Assembly: GCA_951406725.2 (NCBI GenBank)
Contig: OX597814.1
Span: 218,178,001 to 218,242,000, forward strand
DNA length: 64,000 nt
Source of the DNA: Octopus vulgaris
Lineage: Eukaryota
Direction of reading: 5' to 3'
The position numbers and the translations under genes are program-made. Shown piece after piece: positions 37,475-53,276 of the stretch (positions are counted from its first letter, which is position 1; each line of letters begins with the position of its first letter). A model generated the notes under the pieces. That model ran no database searches, was not told the origin of the DNA, and was given only the letters and a program-made list of their open reading frames with translations.

Positions 37475-37894
37475 CTTTCAAGGAGGTGTTCCAGCATGGC
37501 CGCGGTCCAATGACTGAAACAAAAGGTAAAAGACAAAGTATGCTTTTTCAGTTTCTCTGCTTTTACTCTATACTAAGTCGTTATCCGTCACTACGCTGCC
37601 GGTGAAAATATTTGTTAATTATGTACGTACCTTCATAAATTCTTCAAAGTGAAAGTCATTTTTAAAGTCTGTGTTGCGTTGTCTATATGTTGAAAGACAC
37701 AGAAACACCCCCCCCTCTCTCTCTCTCTCTCTTACTGTATTTCTTTTTCCACAACTTTTTCTCCTCCCCCTTTTCCCTTCCACAAACATGTGATGGACGG
37801 ACAGCGGAGATCAGCTTCTTTTTTATAATGTAAGATTCTTCAATTTATTGCGTCAAAAGTTTTTATCCTCATTAACTTAACGAAATATACAATA

Positions 37895-38298
37895 GGCGCA
37901 GGAGTGGCTGTGTGGTAAGTAGCTTGCTAACCAACCACATGGTTCCGGGTTCAGTCTCACTGCGTGGCATCTTGGGCAAGTGTCTTTTGCTATAGCCCCG
38001 GGCCGACCAATGCTTTGTGAGTGGATTTGGTAGACGGAAACTGAAAGAAGCCTGTCGTATATATGTATATGTATATATATGTATGTGTGTGTTTGTGTGT
38101 CTGTGTTTGTCCCCCTAGCATTGCTTGACAACCGATGCTGGTGTGTTTACGTCTCCGTCACTTAGCGGTTCGGCAAAAAAGAGACCGATAGAATAAGTAC
38201 TGGACTTACAAAGAATAAGTCCCGGTGTCGATTTGCTCGACTAAAGGCGGTGCTCCAGCATGGCTGCAGTCAAATGACTGAAACAAGTAAAAGAGAGA
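37895..38298 (+). mobile_element. SINE family A
   Basis: Full-length match. Confidence 0.9.
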
Positions 38299-38504
38299 AT
38301 GCGCCTCTCAGTTTGTTCAAATTCTTCACCGATTTGAATATCTCGTTTTTATGTTTGGTTTTGTTTTTAATTTATTCCTATTGATTTTTTAATTCCATTT
38401 CTTTTCTTTTGTTCTATGTCTACTGTGCCAATTCCTTTGTTTTCAATTAACTTTCACATTTTGATTGTATTCATTAATTATCACATTGAGTTATAAGTCA
38501 TATA

Positions 38505-39034
38505 CTCTTTGCTCTCTGTTACTTGTTTCAGTCATTTGACTGCGGCCATGCTGGAGCACTGCCTTTAGTCGAGCAAATCGACCCCGGGATTTATTCTTTG
38601 TAAGTCCAGTACTTATTCTATCGGTATCTTTTGTCGAACCGCTAAGTTACGGGGACGTAAACACACCAGCATCGGTTGTCAAGCAATGCTAGGGGGACAA
38701 ACACAGACACACAAACACATACATATCATCATCATCATCATCATCATTTAGCGTCCGTTTTCCATGCTAGCATGGGTTGGACGGTTCAACTGGGGTCTGG
38801 GGAGCCCGAAGGCTGCACCAGGCCAGTCAGATCTGGCAGTATATATATATATATATATATATACATATATACGACAGGCTTCTTTCAGTTTCCGTCTACC
38901 AAATTCACTCACAAGGCATTGGTCGACCCAGGGCTATAGCAGAAGACACTTGCCCAAGATGCCACTAAGTGGGACTGAACCCGGAACCATGTGGTTGGTT
39001 AGCAAGCTACTTACCACACAGCCACTCCTGCGCC
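38505..39034 (-). mobile_element. SINE family A with an RTE 3' fragment (38726-38838) in its central microsatellite
   Basis: (cat)n-ttagcgtccgttttccatgctagc... interrupts the (TA) tract. Confidence 0.88.
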
Positions 39035-39877
39035 TTTGTGTAACTTGTTGCAAGCTGTCCACATAGCTTTAAAAAATAAGCGGTAATTTCTTCTAATTGA
39101 AGTAGGTGAAAGCTAGGTGCCACAACTCACACTCTTCACTTAGTGTTTGTATATGTAAAAAAAAAAAAATGGGTGGTATTTGGCAGCAGTTATGTAAATA
39201 TGTCCTGTCTGTCTGTTTCCCTCCCTCTCCTTTCTCTCTCTTCCTTAGTTATAGTAACAGAAAGATTAAAAAATTTTATGCTGTTTAAACTGTTTTCTTT
39301 AGTTTATATAGTATATTGTAACAAACGCTCTATCCATACATTTTCAGTTTCTCCTTATGAAAGTTTTAACAATTGTCAAAATACAGGCGTGGAAGTTCAT
39401 CTTGCCATGGGTACCAGTAGTCCTGGGGCAGACCCTACTTTCAAGGTTTTCTGTAACCCAAAACTGCAGCCGATCCTTTTGATTGCTTGTCAAAAGAATG
39501 TCAACCAACTTTGAAACCTTTCTGCCATGAACCAGTGGCGTAGCTAATAGGGGAGCATATTTTTCAATATTGGCACCTATTTAACAATTATTTTTTAAAC
39601 TCTTTAATTAATTTGTGCAATAAAAGTCGAATCTTATTTTATTGTTTTGCTTATTGTAATGGCCTTGGAATAAAAACGTTCCGTAGTCATTACTTTATTT
39701 GACCAACTTCCCGTGTTTTTGAACTGTTTGCTCAATCTCCCATGAAGTGTTGGTGGCCACTGACATCCGAAGAATCAAAACAAATCCTGACATCATAACA
39801 AATCCTGACATCATAACCTCTCGATACTGGACGATCCCGTGGGGTTTCCTCTTTTTCACGTTACACCTATACCATTA

Positions 39878-40299
39878 CTCTTTACTCTTTTACTCTTTTA
39901 CTTGTTTCAGTCATTTGACTGCGGCCATGCTGGAGCACCGCCTTTTAGTCGAGCAAATCGACCCCGGGACTTATTCTTTGTAAGCCCAGTACTTATTCTA
40001 TCGGTCTCTTTTGCCGAACCGCTAAGTGACGGGGGACGTAAACACACCAGCATCGGTTGTCAAGCAATGCTAGGGAGACAAACACACACACACAAACACA
40101 TACACACACATACATATATATATATATACATATATACGACAGGCTTCTTTCAGTTTCCGTCTACCAAATCCACTCACAAGGCATTGGTCGGCCCGGGGCT
40201 ATAGCAGAAGACACTTGCCCTAGATGCCACGCAGTGGGACTGAACCTGGAACCATGTGGTTGGTTAGCAAGCTACTTACCACACAGCCACTCCTGCGCC
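39878..40299 (-). mobile_element. SINE family A
   Basis: Full-length match. Confidence 0.9.
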
Positions 40300-40369
40300 T
40301 ATTAGTTGTAAGTTTCATACATAATAACAGGAAACATGGAATTAATGAATGTAGAATACAATTAAAGGG

Positions 40370-40698
40370 TAAAGACCCCATTCGGTCATGAATGACCATG
40401 ATATGTACCTAGAAAGTTGCCCTCCGAGGCACAAGTCTGGGCAAGGTTGCTTATGGAAGACCAGCAGTCGCCCATGCATAACAGCCTCTTCTCTCCATGC
40501 CACTGATGTTGTCCAAGAGAAAGGCAAAGGGGCCGATACAGCTTGGCACCTGTGACGTTGCAACTAATTTCTACAGTTGAGTGAACTGGAACAATATGAA
40601 ATAAAGTATCTTGTTCAAGAACACAACACACAGCCTGGTCTGGGAATCGAACTCACAACCTCATGATTGTGAGCCCGACGCTCTAACCACTGAGCCAT
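40370..40698 (-). mobile_element. SINE family C
   Basis: Matches 22668-22986. Confidence 0.85.
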
Positions 40699-40984
40699 TA
40701 TAATTAATGAAATATTTTTTCGTAATACAAGAGAAATGAGTTAAACATTGAATGGTTTGTGCCATGGCGCCTTTTTTTAGTCCCCTAACTATTAAACCAA
40801 GCTACGCGTCTACTATGAACCATAAGGAGGAACCATCACCCTAATCAATCATAAAGGATTTTAAGTAGTTCTTCCGTGGAGAGATCCTATACATTTACTA
40901 CTTATTTTGCAACCAGTTCTATCCTGCGTATACTAGGTAAATCTCTCCCCCAAAACCAACACTTTTTATTCTTACACTTTCACT

Positions 40985-41152
40985 ATTTATTTCTTTACTA
41001 CGCACAAGGTGCTAAACACAGAGGGGACAAACAAGGACAGACAAACAGATTAAGCCAATTACATCGACCCCAGTGCGTAACTGGTACTTAATTTATCGAC
41101 CCCGAAAGGATGATAGGCAAAGTCGACCTCGGCGGAATTTGAACTCAGAACG
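40985..41152 (-). mobile_element. SINE family D, 5'-truncated
   Basis: gagttcaaattccgccgaggtcgactttgcct.tcatcctttcggggtcgataaa. Confidence 0.8.
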
Positions 41153-41199
41153 TGTGCGATCACTTCATACTTGCAAGTTCACCGGCATGGCAATATCCT

Positions 41200-41600
41200 T
41201 TCCGTTGCCCTTAACTATCCTGCCAATCTCATCAACCTTTCTTCCCCCAACTCTCTCTCTCTCTCTCAATCTCATCAACCTTTGCCAATCTCATCAACCT
41301 TTCTTTGCCAATCTCATCTTTGCCAATCTCATCAACCTTTCTTCCCCCAACTCTTTGCCAATCTCATCAACCTTTCTTCCCCCAACTCTCTCTCTCTCTC
41401 TCACTAGATGTATTACGATCTCTGGAAATAAAGCAATAGTGTCTCCCATTCCCAAGAAAGCAACATCTCTAATTCTACCATCATCCTCTAAGCACTCACT
41501 TCTATCATCTCAAAAGTGAGGCATTAAAGGTAACATTTTAAAAACTTTCCTTAATGAGCCCCTTGTACGAATTCCACGAGGCTAGATATATATACAAGTA
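41200..41600 (+). mobile_element. Degraded CR1/Jockey-like RT fragment with local micro-tandem duplications
   Basis: tgccaatctcatcaacctt repeated about five times; KAIVSPIPKK motif. Confidence 0.5.
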
Positions 41601-41827
41601 CCTACTCTCCTAAATAACTCACAAGTGCGTCTTCATCATAAAATTTGATGAAAACCAAAGTGATATTGCCTTTATTATTCAGTGTTTGTTACAGAAAGTA
41701 ATTTATTAAAATTAAAGTGAAAACTAATTACCGTAACTCACATTCTCCAAAACATTACAAAACATAAGACTGTATCTGGCACTAATAATCTAGAAAAGTC
41801 TAGAAGACTTGATGACACTAATATATA

Positions 41828-42057
41828 TTTCTTTATTGCCCACAAGGGGCTAAACATAGAGGGGACAAACAAAGACAGACAAAGGGATTTAGTTGATTAC
41901 ATTGACCCCAGTGCGTAACTGGTACTTTATTTATCAACCCCGAAAGGATGAAAGGCAAAGTCGACCTCGGCTGAATTTGAACTCAGAACGTAGCGACAGA
42001 CGAAATACCGGTAAGCATTTCGCCTGGCGCGCTAACGTTTTTGCCAGCTCGCCGCCT
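41828..42057 (-). mobile_element. SINE family D (Nin/Deu-like domain)
   Basis: ggcggcgagctggc..aaacgttagc head; TSD atgaca(c/t)taata. Confidence 0.88.
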
Positions 42058-42491
42058 TTCATGACATTAATACAGACATGAACTGCAGCCTGGGACTTGT
42101 GACCGCTATATCACACTTTGAAGGCTGTGCATTTGCAATCTAAGAGCAAGAGATTACTACAATATATCTCATATATAAGAAACAGTAAAGCCCTTCAACC
42201 CGAAGATCTAACGGAAAATGTCTGTTAACTCACATTTCTGTGGAAGACATCGACATGTGATCAGCAGCCGCTCAAACATATCATCAAGATACTACTTATA
42301 CGTGCGATGTGACGTTGTCGCTTAAACAATAAACAATGCCATCCGAAGAAAAAGAAAAAAAAACTGTGCAGGGATAATGTACAGAATCCTCTTGTTATTG
42401 AAACACCAACGCTAGGAATATTAGTAGAAGATTCCTATCAAAACTCTCCAAGTACAAACATAACATGCCAGTTATCGTTTGGGACAGATAA

Positions 42492-42651
42492 GGCGCAGGA
42501 GTGGCTGTGTGGTAAGTAGCTTGCTAACCAACCACATGGTTCCGGGTTCAGTCCCACTGCGTAGCACCTTAGGCAAGTGTCTTCTGCTATAGCCTCGGGC
42601 CGACCAATGCCTTGTGAGTGGATTTGGTAGACGGAAACTGAAAGAAGCCTG

Positions 42652-42701
<50 letters not shown>

Positions 42702-42918
42702 ATGTGTTTGTGAGTCTGTGTTTGTCCCCCTAGCATTGCTTGACAACCGATGCTGGTGTGTTTACGTCCCCGTCACTTAGCGGTTCAGCAAAAGAGACCG
42801 ATAGAATAAGTACTGGGCTTACAAAGAATAAGTCCTGGGGTCGATTTGCTCGACTAAAAGGCAGTGCTCCAGCATGGCCGCAGTCAAATGACTGAAACAA
42901 GTAAAAGAGTAAAGAGTA
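42492..42918 (+). mobile_element. SINE family A
   Basis: Full-length match. Confidence 0.9.
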
Positions 42919-43224
42919 AGGAAAAATATGTACCATTATAGAAATCAGTTGCCCTGCTGATATAAATATCTTTTCGAAAATCAAAGAGAAATACGATAAT
43001 TACGGGCAGCTACTTTAAAACTTTCAAATTTTCATATATACCAATGATAATTAGTTTACTTGGTTTTTGTTAGAAATGCTTGAGTGACAATCTGGAAGAG
43101 CTAAAGTTTTCAAAAACAGAAACCAGCTAGCTAACACGCACATTACAAATACGAGTTGCATTTCAGAAGTTTTCAAAGTATTTTCAAACTATTTTAGTTT
43201 TAGTAAGTCATTACTATACATTAA

Positions 43225-43607
43225 GTGGAGGCGCAATGGCCCAGTGGTTAGGGCAGCGGATTCGCGGTCATAGGATCGCGGTTTCGATTCCCAGACCAGG
43301 CGTTGTGAGTGTCTATTGAGCGAAAACACCTAAAAGCTCCATGAGGCTCCGGCAGGGGATGGTGGTGATCCCTGCTGTACTCTTTCACCACAACTTTCAC
43401 TCTTACTTCCTGTTTCTGTTGTACCTGTATTTCAAAGGGCCGGCCTTGTCACTCTCTGTGTCACGCTGAGTATCCCCGAGAACTACGTTAAGGGTACACG
43501 TGTCTGTGGAGTGCTCAGCCACTTAACCGTTAATTTCATGAGCAGGCTGTTCCGTTGATTCGGATCAACCGGAACCCTCGTCGTCGTAACCGACGGAGTG
43601 CTTCCAA
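43225..43607 (+). mobile_element. SINE family B
   Basis: TSD actatacatta. Confidence 0.9.
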
Positions 43608-43630
43608 CAACTATACATTACTATACACGT

Positions 43631-43955
43631 GAAGGCGCGTGCCTTAGTGGTTAGGACATTCGGCTCACAATCGTAAAGTCGTGAGTTCGATTCCCGGCGA
43701 TGTGTTGTGTCCTTGAGCAAGACATTTTATTTCACGTTGCCCCAGTCCACTCAGCTGGCAAAATTGAGTAGTACCTGTATTTCAAAGGGCCAGCCTTGTC
43801 ACACTCTGTGTCACACTGAATCTCCCTGAGAACTACATTAGGGGTACACGTGTCTGTGGAGTGCTCAGCCACTTGCACGTTAGTTTCACGAGCAGGCTGT
43901 TCCATTGATCGTATCAGCTGGGGACCCTCGTCGTCGTAACAGACGGAGTGCTCCT
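43631..43955 (+). mobile_element. Chimeric SINE: family-C head + family-B tail
   Basis: Head with cttgagcaagacattttatttcacgttgc, followed by gtacctgtatttcaaagggcc...gacggagtgct. Confidence 0.85.
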
Positions 43956-44123
43956 TTACTATACATCTAATAAGCTGAACTGTCAGCTTTTGCTATTCCA
44001 GACTGGAGGAAACGGCCATAAGAGTACTTTGATCACACCCTCCTAAACACTACTTGTCACAGCTGACTAGTTTGCAGAATGCAGTCGGGACGTGAAGACA
44101 ATTTAGAAACTCGCTAAGCAATA

Positions 44124-44637
44124 GGCGTAGGAGTGGCTGTGTGGTAAGTAGCTTGCTTACCAACCACATGGTTCCGGTGTCAGTCCCACTGCGTGGCACC
44201 TTGGGCAAGTGTCTTCTACTATAGCTTCGGGCCGACCAAAGCCTTGTGAGTGGTTTTGGTAGATGGAAACTGAAAGAAGCCCGTCGTATATATGTATATA
44301 TATATATATATATATATGATGATCATCATCATCATCATTTAGCGTCCGTTCTCCATGCTAGCATGGGTTGGACGGTTCAACTGGGGTCTGTGAAGCTGGA
44401 AGGCTTCATCAGGCCCAGTCAGATCTGGCAGTGTTTCTACGGCTGGATGCCCTTCCTAACACCAACCACTCCGTGAGTGTAGTGGGTGCTTTTTACGTGC
44501 CACCCGCACAGGTGCCAGACAGAACTGGCAAACGGTGCTTTTACGTGTCACCGGCACGGGGCCAGGTGAGGCTGGCAACGGACACGAATGGATGGTGCTT
44601 TTACGTGTCACCAACACGGGGGCCAGACAGAGCTGGC

Positions 44638-44695
<58 letters not shown>

Positions 44696-44908
44696 GTGTA
44701 CATGTTTGTGTGTCTGTGTTTGTCCCCTCAACATTGCTTGACAACCGATTCTGGTGTGTTTACGTCCCCATAACCTAGCGGTTCGGCAAAAGAGACCGAT
44801 AGAATAAGTACTAAGCTTACAAAGAATAAGTCCTGGGGTCGATCTGCTCGACTAAAGGCGGTGCTCCAGCATGGCCACAGTCAAATGACTGAACAAGTAA
44901 AAGAGTAA
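44124..44908 (+). mobile_element. SINE family A with an RTE 3' fragment (44320-44637, minus) in its central (TA)n
   Basis: Family-A head and tail separated by a (cat)n-tailed RTE end. Confidence 0.88.
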
Positions 44909-45489
44909 TAAGATGGAATTAGTTTACCAGTTTGTAAGTGAGGCACACAATAGTAACAGTTTTGTAACTGGATGTTGGGGTCCCGGGGTTGAGTTGCTCG
45001 ATTAAAGGCAGTGCTCCAGCATGGCCGCAGTCAAATGACTGAAACAAGTAAAAGAGTATGTCCGAGATAGGAAGCTGCACGCTAGGGAGAGAGAGCACAG
45101 TGGTTCACACAGTGCCGATCCTGGTGTGATGGTGAAAAATAGTGTTTCCTTTTGTCTGTGCGTGTGTTGTGCTTTAAAATGTGTTTATATTATTGAATGT
45201 GACAAAGTGTAGAATTAGATTATTATCCTGCTTCCAGCTTCAGTGTTGCTGCAAGGATTTACAAAATTGGGCAGACCCTTTTTAGAAAAACAAGGGGTAA
45301 TTCATGGCAGTGTTCAGTAAGCGAATCAAACACACTCCCCGGCAGTGGCTAAAACGCGAACCGATCAAGTTTATGTATAAATTTTATTTTAATGTGATTG
45401 TTTCCTTTTACACAATATTAAAAAGAAAACGGCTAAAAAATTTCTGAAGCAGACCCCAACTAATTCTATCTACCAGCCACCACTGATGC

Positions 45490-46209
<720 letters not shown>

Positions 46210-46232
<23 letters not shown>

Positions 46233-47228
46233 TCTAGTTTAAACTTATGAGCTGTGGCCATGCTGGGGCACCGCCATTTGGTGTTGCTACTTGGTTTCAC
46301 TTCATGGAGGCTTTCTAGCAACTGCTATTTGGTGCATGAGAGAGTTCGATGCAGCTGCCCTCATCTGCCCCTCCTGCCGTGAAGTTGGTTCATCTGGGAC
46401 ACCTGACAGGAAGAGATCCAGCTTCATTTTAAAGACATCTGTATCCGCCCCATGCAGGTCTCTCAGGTTCTTCGGGAGGATATTGAAGAGCTGTGGGCCT
46501 CGGAAGCCCAGGCTATCACAGAATCTTGTCCTACATCTTGATGGCAGGTTTAGAGTCCTAGGCACCACGCAGTGGCGCCCAGTTCTGGCATTTGCATAAC
46601 TCTCGATGCCAAAGTTCAGGACACTTCCCTCCAGGATCTTCCAGATGTATATTATGGCATATCTTTCCCGCCTACGCTCCAGGGAATATAATTTTAATCT
46701 CTTGAGTCTTTCCCAGTAGCTTACATTCTGCATAGAGGCTATCTTCTTTGTGTAGCTTCATTGGATCGCCTCAAGTTCTGTGATCAACTTGACACTGGAT
46801 GGTGACCATAGCTGAGAGCAATAGTCAAAGTGGCTTAGGACAAGTGTCTTCCAGAGGACCGTCATGGTTTCTTGTTCTCTTGTTCTAAAGGTTCTAAGAA
46901 TCCATCCAGCCAGCCGTCTACATTTCATTGTCAGTTTAGCAACATGTACATGAAAGGTCGCGTCATCACTCATGTGAATACCCAGGTCACGCACTGATTG
47001 TGCCTCTGGGATTGCAATCCCTCCGGGTCCAGTGTATTCATTGGGTATTGCATTCAGTTTTGCATGCTGATAGTATAAAGCTTGAAACTTTCCAGCATTG
47101 AACTGCATGCTATTCTTTTCAGCCCACTTGTATATTTCGTCCAGCTCACATTGCAGGTGTTTAGTGTCCTCGGGGTTCTGTATTGCCTGTGAAACTTTTG
47201 TATCATCTGCATAACTTGTGATCGTGGA
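46210..47228 (-). mobile_element. 5'-truncated CR1-type LINE (family 1)
   Basis: [11 protein letters not shown]; MQFNAGKF; VRDLGI; DYCSQLWSP; SYWERLKRLKLYSLERRRER; (AATC)n tail. Confidence 0.9.
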
Positions 47229-47252
47229 TCTCTGCGTGGATCGTGGATCTCT

Positions 47253-48001
<749 letters not shown>

Positions 48002-48070
48002 TCATCTGCATAACTTGTGATCGTGGATCTCTGCGTGGATCGTGGATCTCTGCGTGGATCGTGGATCTCT

Positions 48071-49330
<1,260 letters not shown>

Positions 49331-49705
49331 CAGGAAAAAGGTAAGAAAAAATTTCTATCATTGATATTTTGAGCTAACAATTTGAATTTTTCTCAAATAT
49401 ACATTCAGAAAGGCCTTTTTCAGCTGAGAAGATTCACGGAATAATTTTTGTTTCTCTTTGAGCATATTTTCCGAAAGTTTATTCTGAAACCTTTTCGTAT
49501 TTAATTAAAAAGGCATAACTTTGAAAAAATTTTCTTGAAATTATTGCGAATTTCAGTGCCCACGCAAATTGTTTTGAAGCTACCCCAAGCATTAAAGTCT
49601 GACGACGGATCCGAATACAAAACCAGAGTACTGACCCTAAAATTTATGAATTTATAGAATTTGGTTTCTTATGTCACAAACGACTCGCCCTGTCATTGCA
49701 TATAT

Positions 49706-50118
49706 ACTCTCTCTTTTACTCTTTTACTTGTTTCAGTCATTTGACTGCGGCCATGCTGGAGCACCGCCTTTAATCGAGCAACTCGACCCCAGGACTTAGT
49801 CTTTGTAAGCCCAGTACTTATTCTATCGGTCTCTTTTTGCCGAACCACTAAGTGACAGGGACATAAACACACCAGCATCGGTTGTCAAGCAATGCTAGGG
49901 GGACAAACACAAACATACACGCACACACACATATACATATATATATACATATATACGACGGGCTTCTTTCAGTTTCCGTCTACCAAATCCACTCACAAGG
50001 CATTGGTCAGCCCGGGGCTATAGTAGAAGACAATTGCCCAAGGTGCCACGCAGTGGGACTGAACCCGGAACCATGTAGTTCATAAACAAGCTACTTACCA
50101 CACAGCCACTCCTGCGCC
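49706..50118 (-). mobile_element. SINE family A
   Basis: Full-length match. Confidence 0.9.
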
Positions 50119-50629
50119 TATATATATATAAATCAGTATAAATTATTGGTTAAATCGTTTTTATTCAATCCACATTAGTGTAAGATCACTCAACAAAGTA
50201 TACCTTTAGTTCAGTGTACTACGGGGTGTTGATGCAATAAGGAATCGCTGCCGAAAAGGAGAACTGAAGCAATCATTGCTGAATTCCCAATCTGATTGAT
50301 CTAATGCTAAACAGAAGAGAATTGCAAACAAAGTTTCGCAACTCAAGGAAGGTAGTGTTAGTTTTGCAGAGTCTTTGACACCCTCATTGAATGATATAGG
50401 ATAAGTCGACTGCCAACCAGTGCAGCCAGTTCTAGCAAAGTTTGATCCAAAGACTTATTGAAATCAGAAACATGACTTTTGCTCAAGCGGATACTTGTTT
50501 TATTAAAGAGAGATATTCTAACTGGTGTCACGTAAAAGAGAAAAACTTTGCAGCCCATATCCAAGCTATGGTTACTTGAATGAAATGCCAACTGCGTTTA
50601 TCCCCGACATCCGTGTCTTCAATTTTGCA

Positions 50630-51565
50630 AGATGATTAATTGAGCAAAAACCATTACTATACCAATTCAATTGCTGATATTATGCATTTTCTTTACGCAA
50701 ACGAATTGCTTCATCGAGGAAATGAAAAGGAAGCTTTTGAGGATCTTTATTCGGAAGGTGAGACGCAGCCTTGTGGTTTTTTTTATGAAATTATTCTAAT
50801 AAACATTAGAGAAAGACTCAAAGCTAATGGAATGTTACAGCATGATTTCAAAAAATTTCAGTAGCAATGCAAAACGAAATCATCAAATTGTTGAGGAGAT
50901 ACACTGTCAGAAAAAAAAATTTTCCATAAAAATTTTTTATGAAAATTTTTAAAAAATTTTTTTTTTAATTTTTAGGGAAAATTTTCAAAAAATTTTTCTA
51001 AAAATTTTTGGGGAAAATTTTCAAAAAATATTCCGTAAAAATTTTTTATGAAAATTTTCAAAAAATTTTTTTTTTAATTTTTAGGGAAAATTTTCAAAAA
51101 ATTTTTCTAAAAATTTTTGGGGAAAATTTTCAAAAAATTTTCCGTAAAAATTTTTAATGAAAATTTTCAAAAAATTTTTTTTTTAATTTTTTGGAAAATT
51201 TTCCAAAAATTTTTCTAAATATTTTTGGGGAAGATTTAAAAAAAATTTTCCATAAAAATTTTTTGGGAAAATTTTCAAAAAATTTTTTTTTTAATTTAAG
51301 GGAAAATTTTCATAAAAATTTTTGGGGAAAATTTTCAAAAAATTTTCAAAAAATTTTTCATAAAAATTTTTGGGGATAATTTAAAAAAATTTTTTTTTTA
51401 ATTTTTAGGGAAAATTTTCAAAAAAATTTTTGGGGAAAATTTTCAAAAAAATTTTTGTGGAAAATTTTCAAAATATTTTTCTAAAAATTTTTGTCAGCTT
51501 TGTTGTCGATGAAATAAAATGTTCCGATGTTCCATACTTTATGCTGAAATGTAAGGAACACATAA
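50630..51565 (+). pseudogene. hAT transposase relic (DUF4371-like region), interrupted by an A/T satellite
   Basis: IADIMHFLYANELLHRG..E...GFF; MQNEIIKLL at ~50867; resumes as VVDEIKCSDVPYF at 51495-51560. Confidence 0.65.
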
Positions 51566-52368
51566 TTTTGGGAAAATTAAAAAAAAATTTTCCATAAAAA
51601 TTTATTGGGAAAATTTTGAAAAAATTTTCATAAAAATTTTGAAAAAATTTTCATAAAAATTTTTGGGGAAAATTTTTAAAAATTTTTTATAAAAATTTTT
51701 GGGAAAAATTTTCAAAAATTTTTCATAAAAATTTTTGGGAAAAATTTTCAAAAAATTTTTATAAAAATTTTTGGGGAAAATTTTCAAAAAATTTTCCGTA
51801 AAAATTTTTTATGAAAATTTAAAAAAAATTTTTTTTTAATTTTTAGGGAAAATTTTCAAAAAATTTTTCATAAAAATTTTTGGGGAAAATTTTCAAAAAA
51901 TTTTTCTAAAAATTTTTGGGGAAGATTTAAAAAAAATTTTCCATAAAAATTTTTTGGGAAAATTTTCAAAAAATTTTTTTTTTAATTTAAGGGAAAATTT
52001 TCAAAAACTTTCATAAAAATTTTTGGGGAAAATTTTCAAAAAATTTTTCATAAAAATTTTTGGGGAAAATTTTCAAAAAACTTTTATAAAAATTTTTGGG
52101 GAAAATTTAAAAAAAAATTTTCATAAAAATTTTTCATAAAAAGTTTTGGGGATAATTTAAAAAAAATTTTTTTTTTTAATTTTTAGGGAAAATTTTCAAA
52201 AAAATTTTTGGGGAAAATTTTCAAAATATTTTTCTAAAAATTTTTGGGGATAATTTAAAAAAAAATTTTTTTTTTAAATTTTTGGGGAAAATTTTCAAAA
52301 GATTTTTCTAAAAATTATTGGGGAAAATTAAAAAAAAATTTTCCATTAAAATTTTTGGGGAAAATTTC
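50911..52368. repeat. Low-complexity satellite of alternating A- and T-tracts (ggggaaaattttcaaaaaattttt-like units)
   Basis: Directly visible; ~1.45 kb, broken only by 51490-51565. Confidence 0.9.
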
Positions 52369-52369
52369 A

Positions 52370-52635
52370 GGGGCTGCTGGCATTGACCATGTTCAGATGG
52401 TGCCTTTTACGTTCCACTGGCATGGGAGCCAGGGGGCACTGGCTTCAGCCACGTTTGGATGGGGGGGGGGGCTTTTACATGTCACTGGCATGGGAGCCAG
52501 TCAGGGGGCACAGGCATCGACCCCTTTTGCATGGTGCTTTTTATGTATCACCAGTACAGGAGCCAGGCAGTGGGGCACTGGATTCGATCATGTTCAGATG
52601 GTGCTTTTTAGTTGCCACCAGCATGAGAGCCAGTC
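52370..52635 (-). mobile_element. RTE 3'UTR tandem-unit remnant
   Basis: Repeated atggtgcttttta.gtg.cactggcatgggagccag. Confidence 0.75.
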
Positions 52636-52638
52636 ATA

Positions 52639-52804
52639 GGCTCAGGAGTGGTTGTGTGGTAAGTAACTTCCTTACCAACCACATGATTCTGGGTTCAGTC
52701 CCACTGCATGGCACCTTGGGCAAGTGTCTTCTACTATAACCTTGGGTCAACCAAAGCTTTGAGGGTGGATTTATTAGATGGAAACTGAAAAGAAACCAGT
52801 TTTT

Positions 52805-52835
<31 letters not shown>

Positions 52836-53057
52836 TTGTATATATGTGTACATGCTTGTGTATCTGTGTTTGTCCTTCTACCATGGCTTGACAACTGATG
52901 ATGGCATGTCTACTTCCCCATAACCTAGCGGTTCAGCAAAAGAGACCAATAGAATAAGTGCTAGGCTTACAAAGAATAAGTCATGGGGTCGATTTGTTCG
53001 ACTAAAGGCAGTGTCCCTGCATGGCCACAGTCAAATGACTGAAACAAATAAAAGAAT
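52639..53057 (+). mobile_element. SINE family A (diverged)
   Basis: Head-to-tail match. Confidence 0.85.
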
Positions 53058-53276
53058 CTATATATATATATTTTGTGATGTCCTTAAAGCTGGGATCTTT
53101 TCAGTACGCTCACCCCCATATATAAAACCATTGCATGACAGTTTTTGTCCTTCTCTGATTTTCTGAACTTTTATGCTGTAACAAATACATGAGATGATCA
53201 CTGAACCTGTATAGCACAGTATTATGGCATGCTTATGACACACCCATATTAAGTAGAATATAAAGATTGCTACATA

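Larger units (their letters stand above)
39533..40812. mobile_element. Possible hAT-type MITE interrupted by two SINEs
   Basis: cagtggcgtagct ... agctacgcgtcta; flanks ccatgaac / ctatgaac. Confidence 0.5.
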
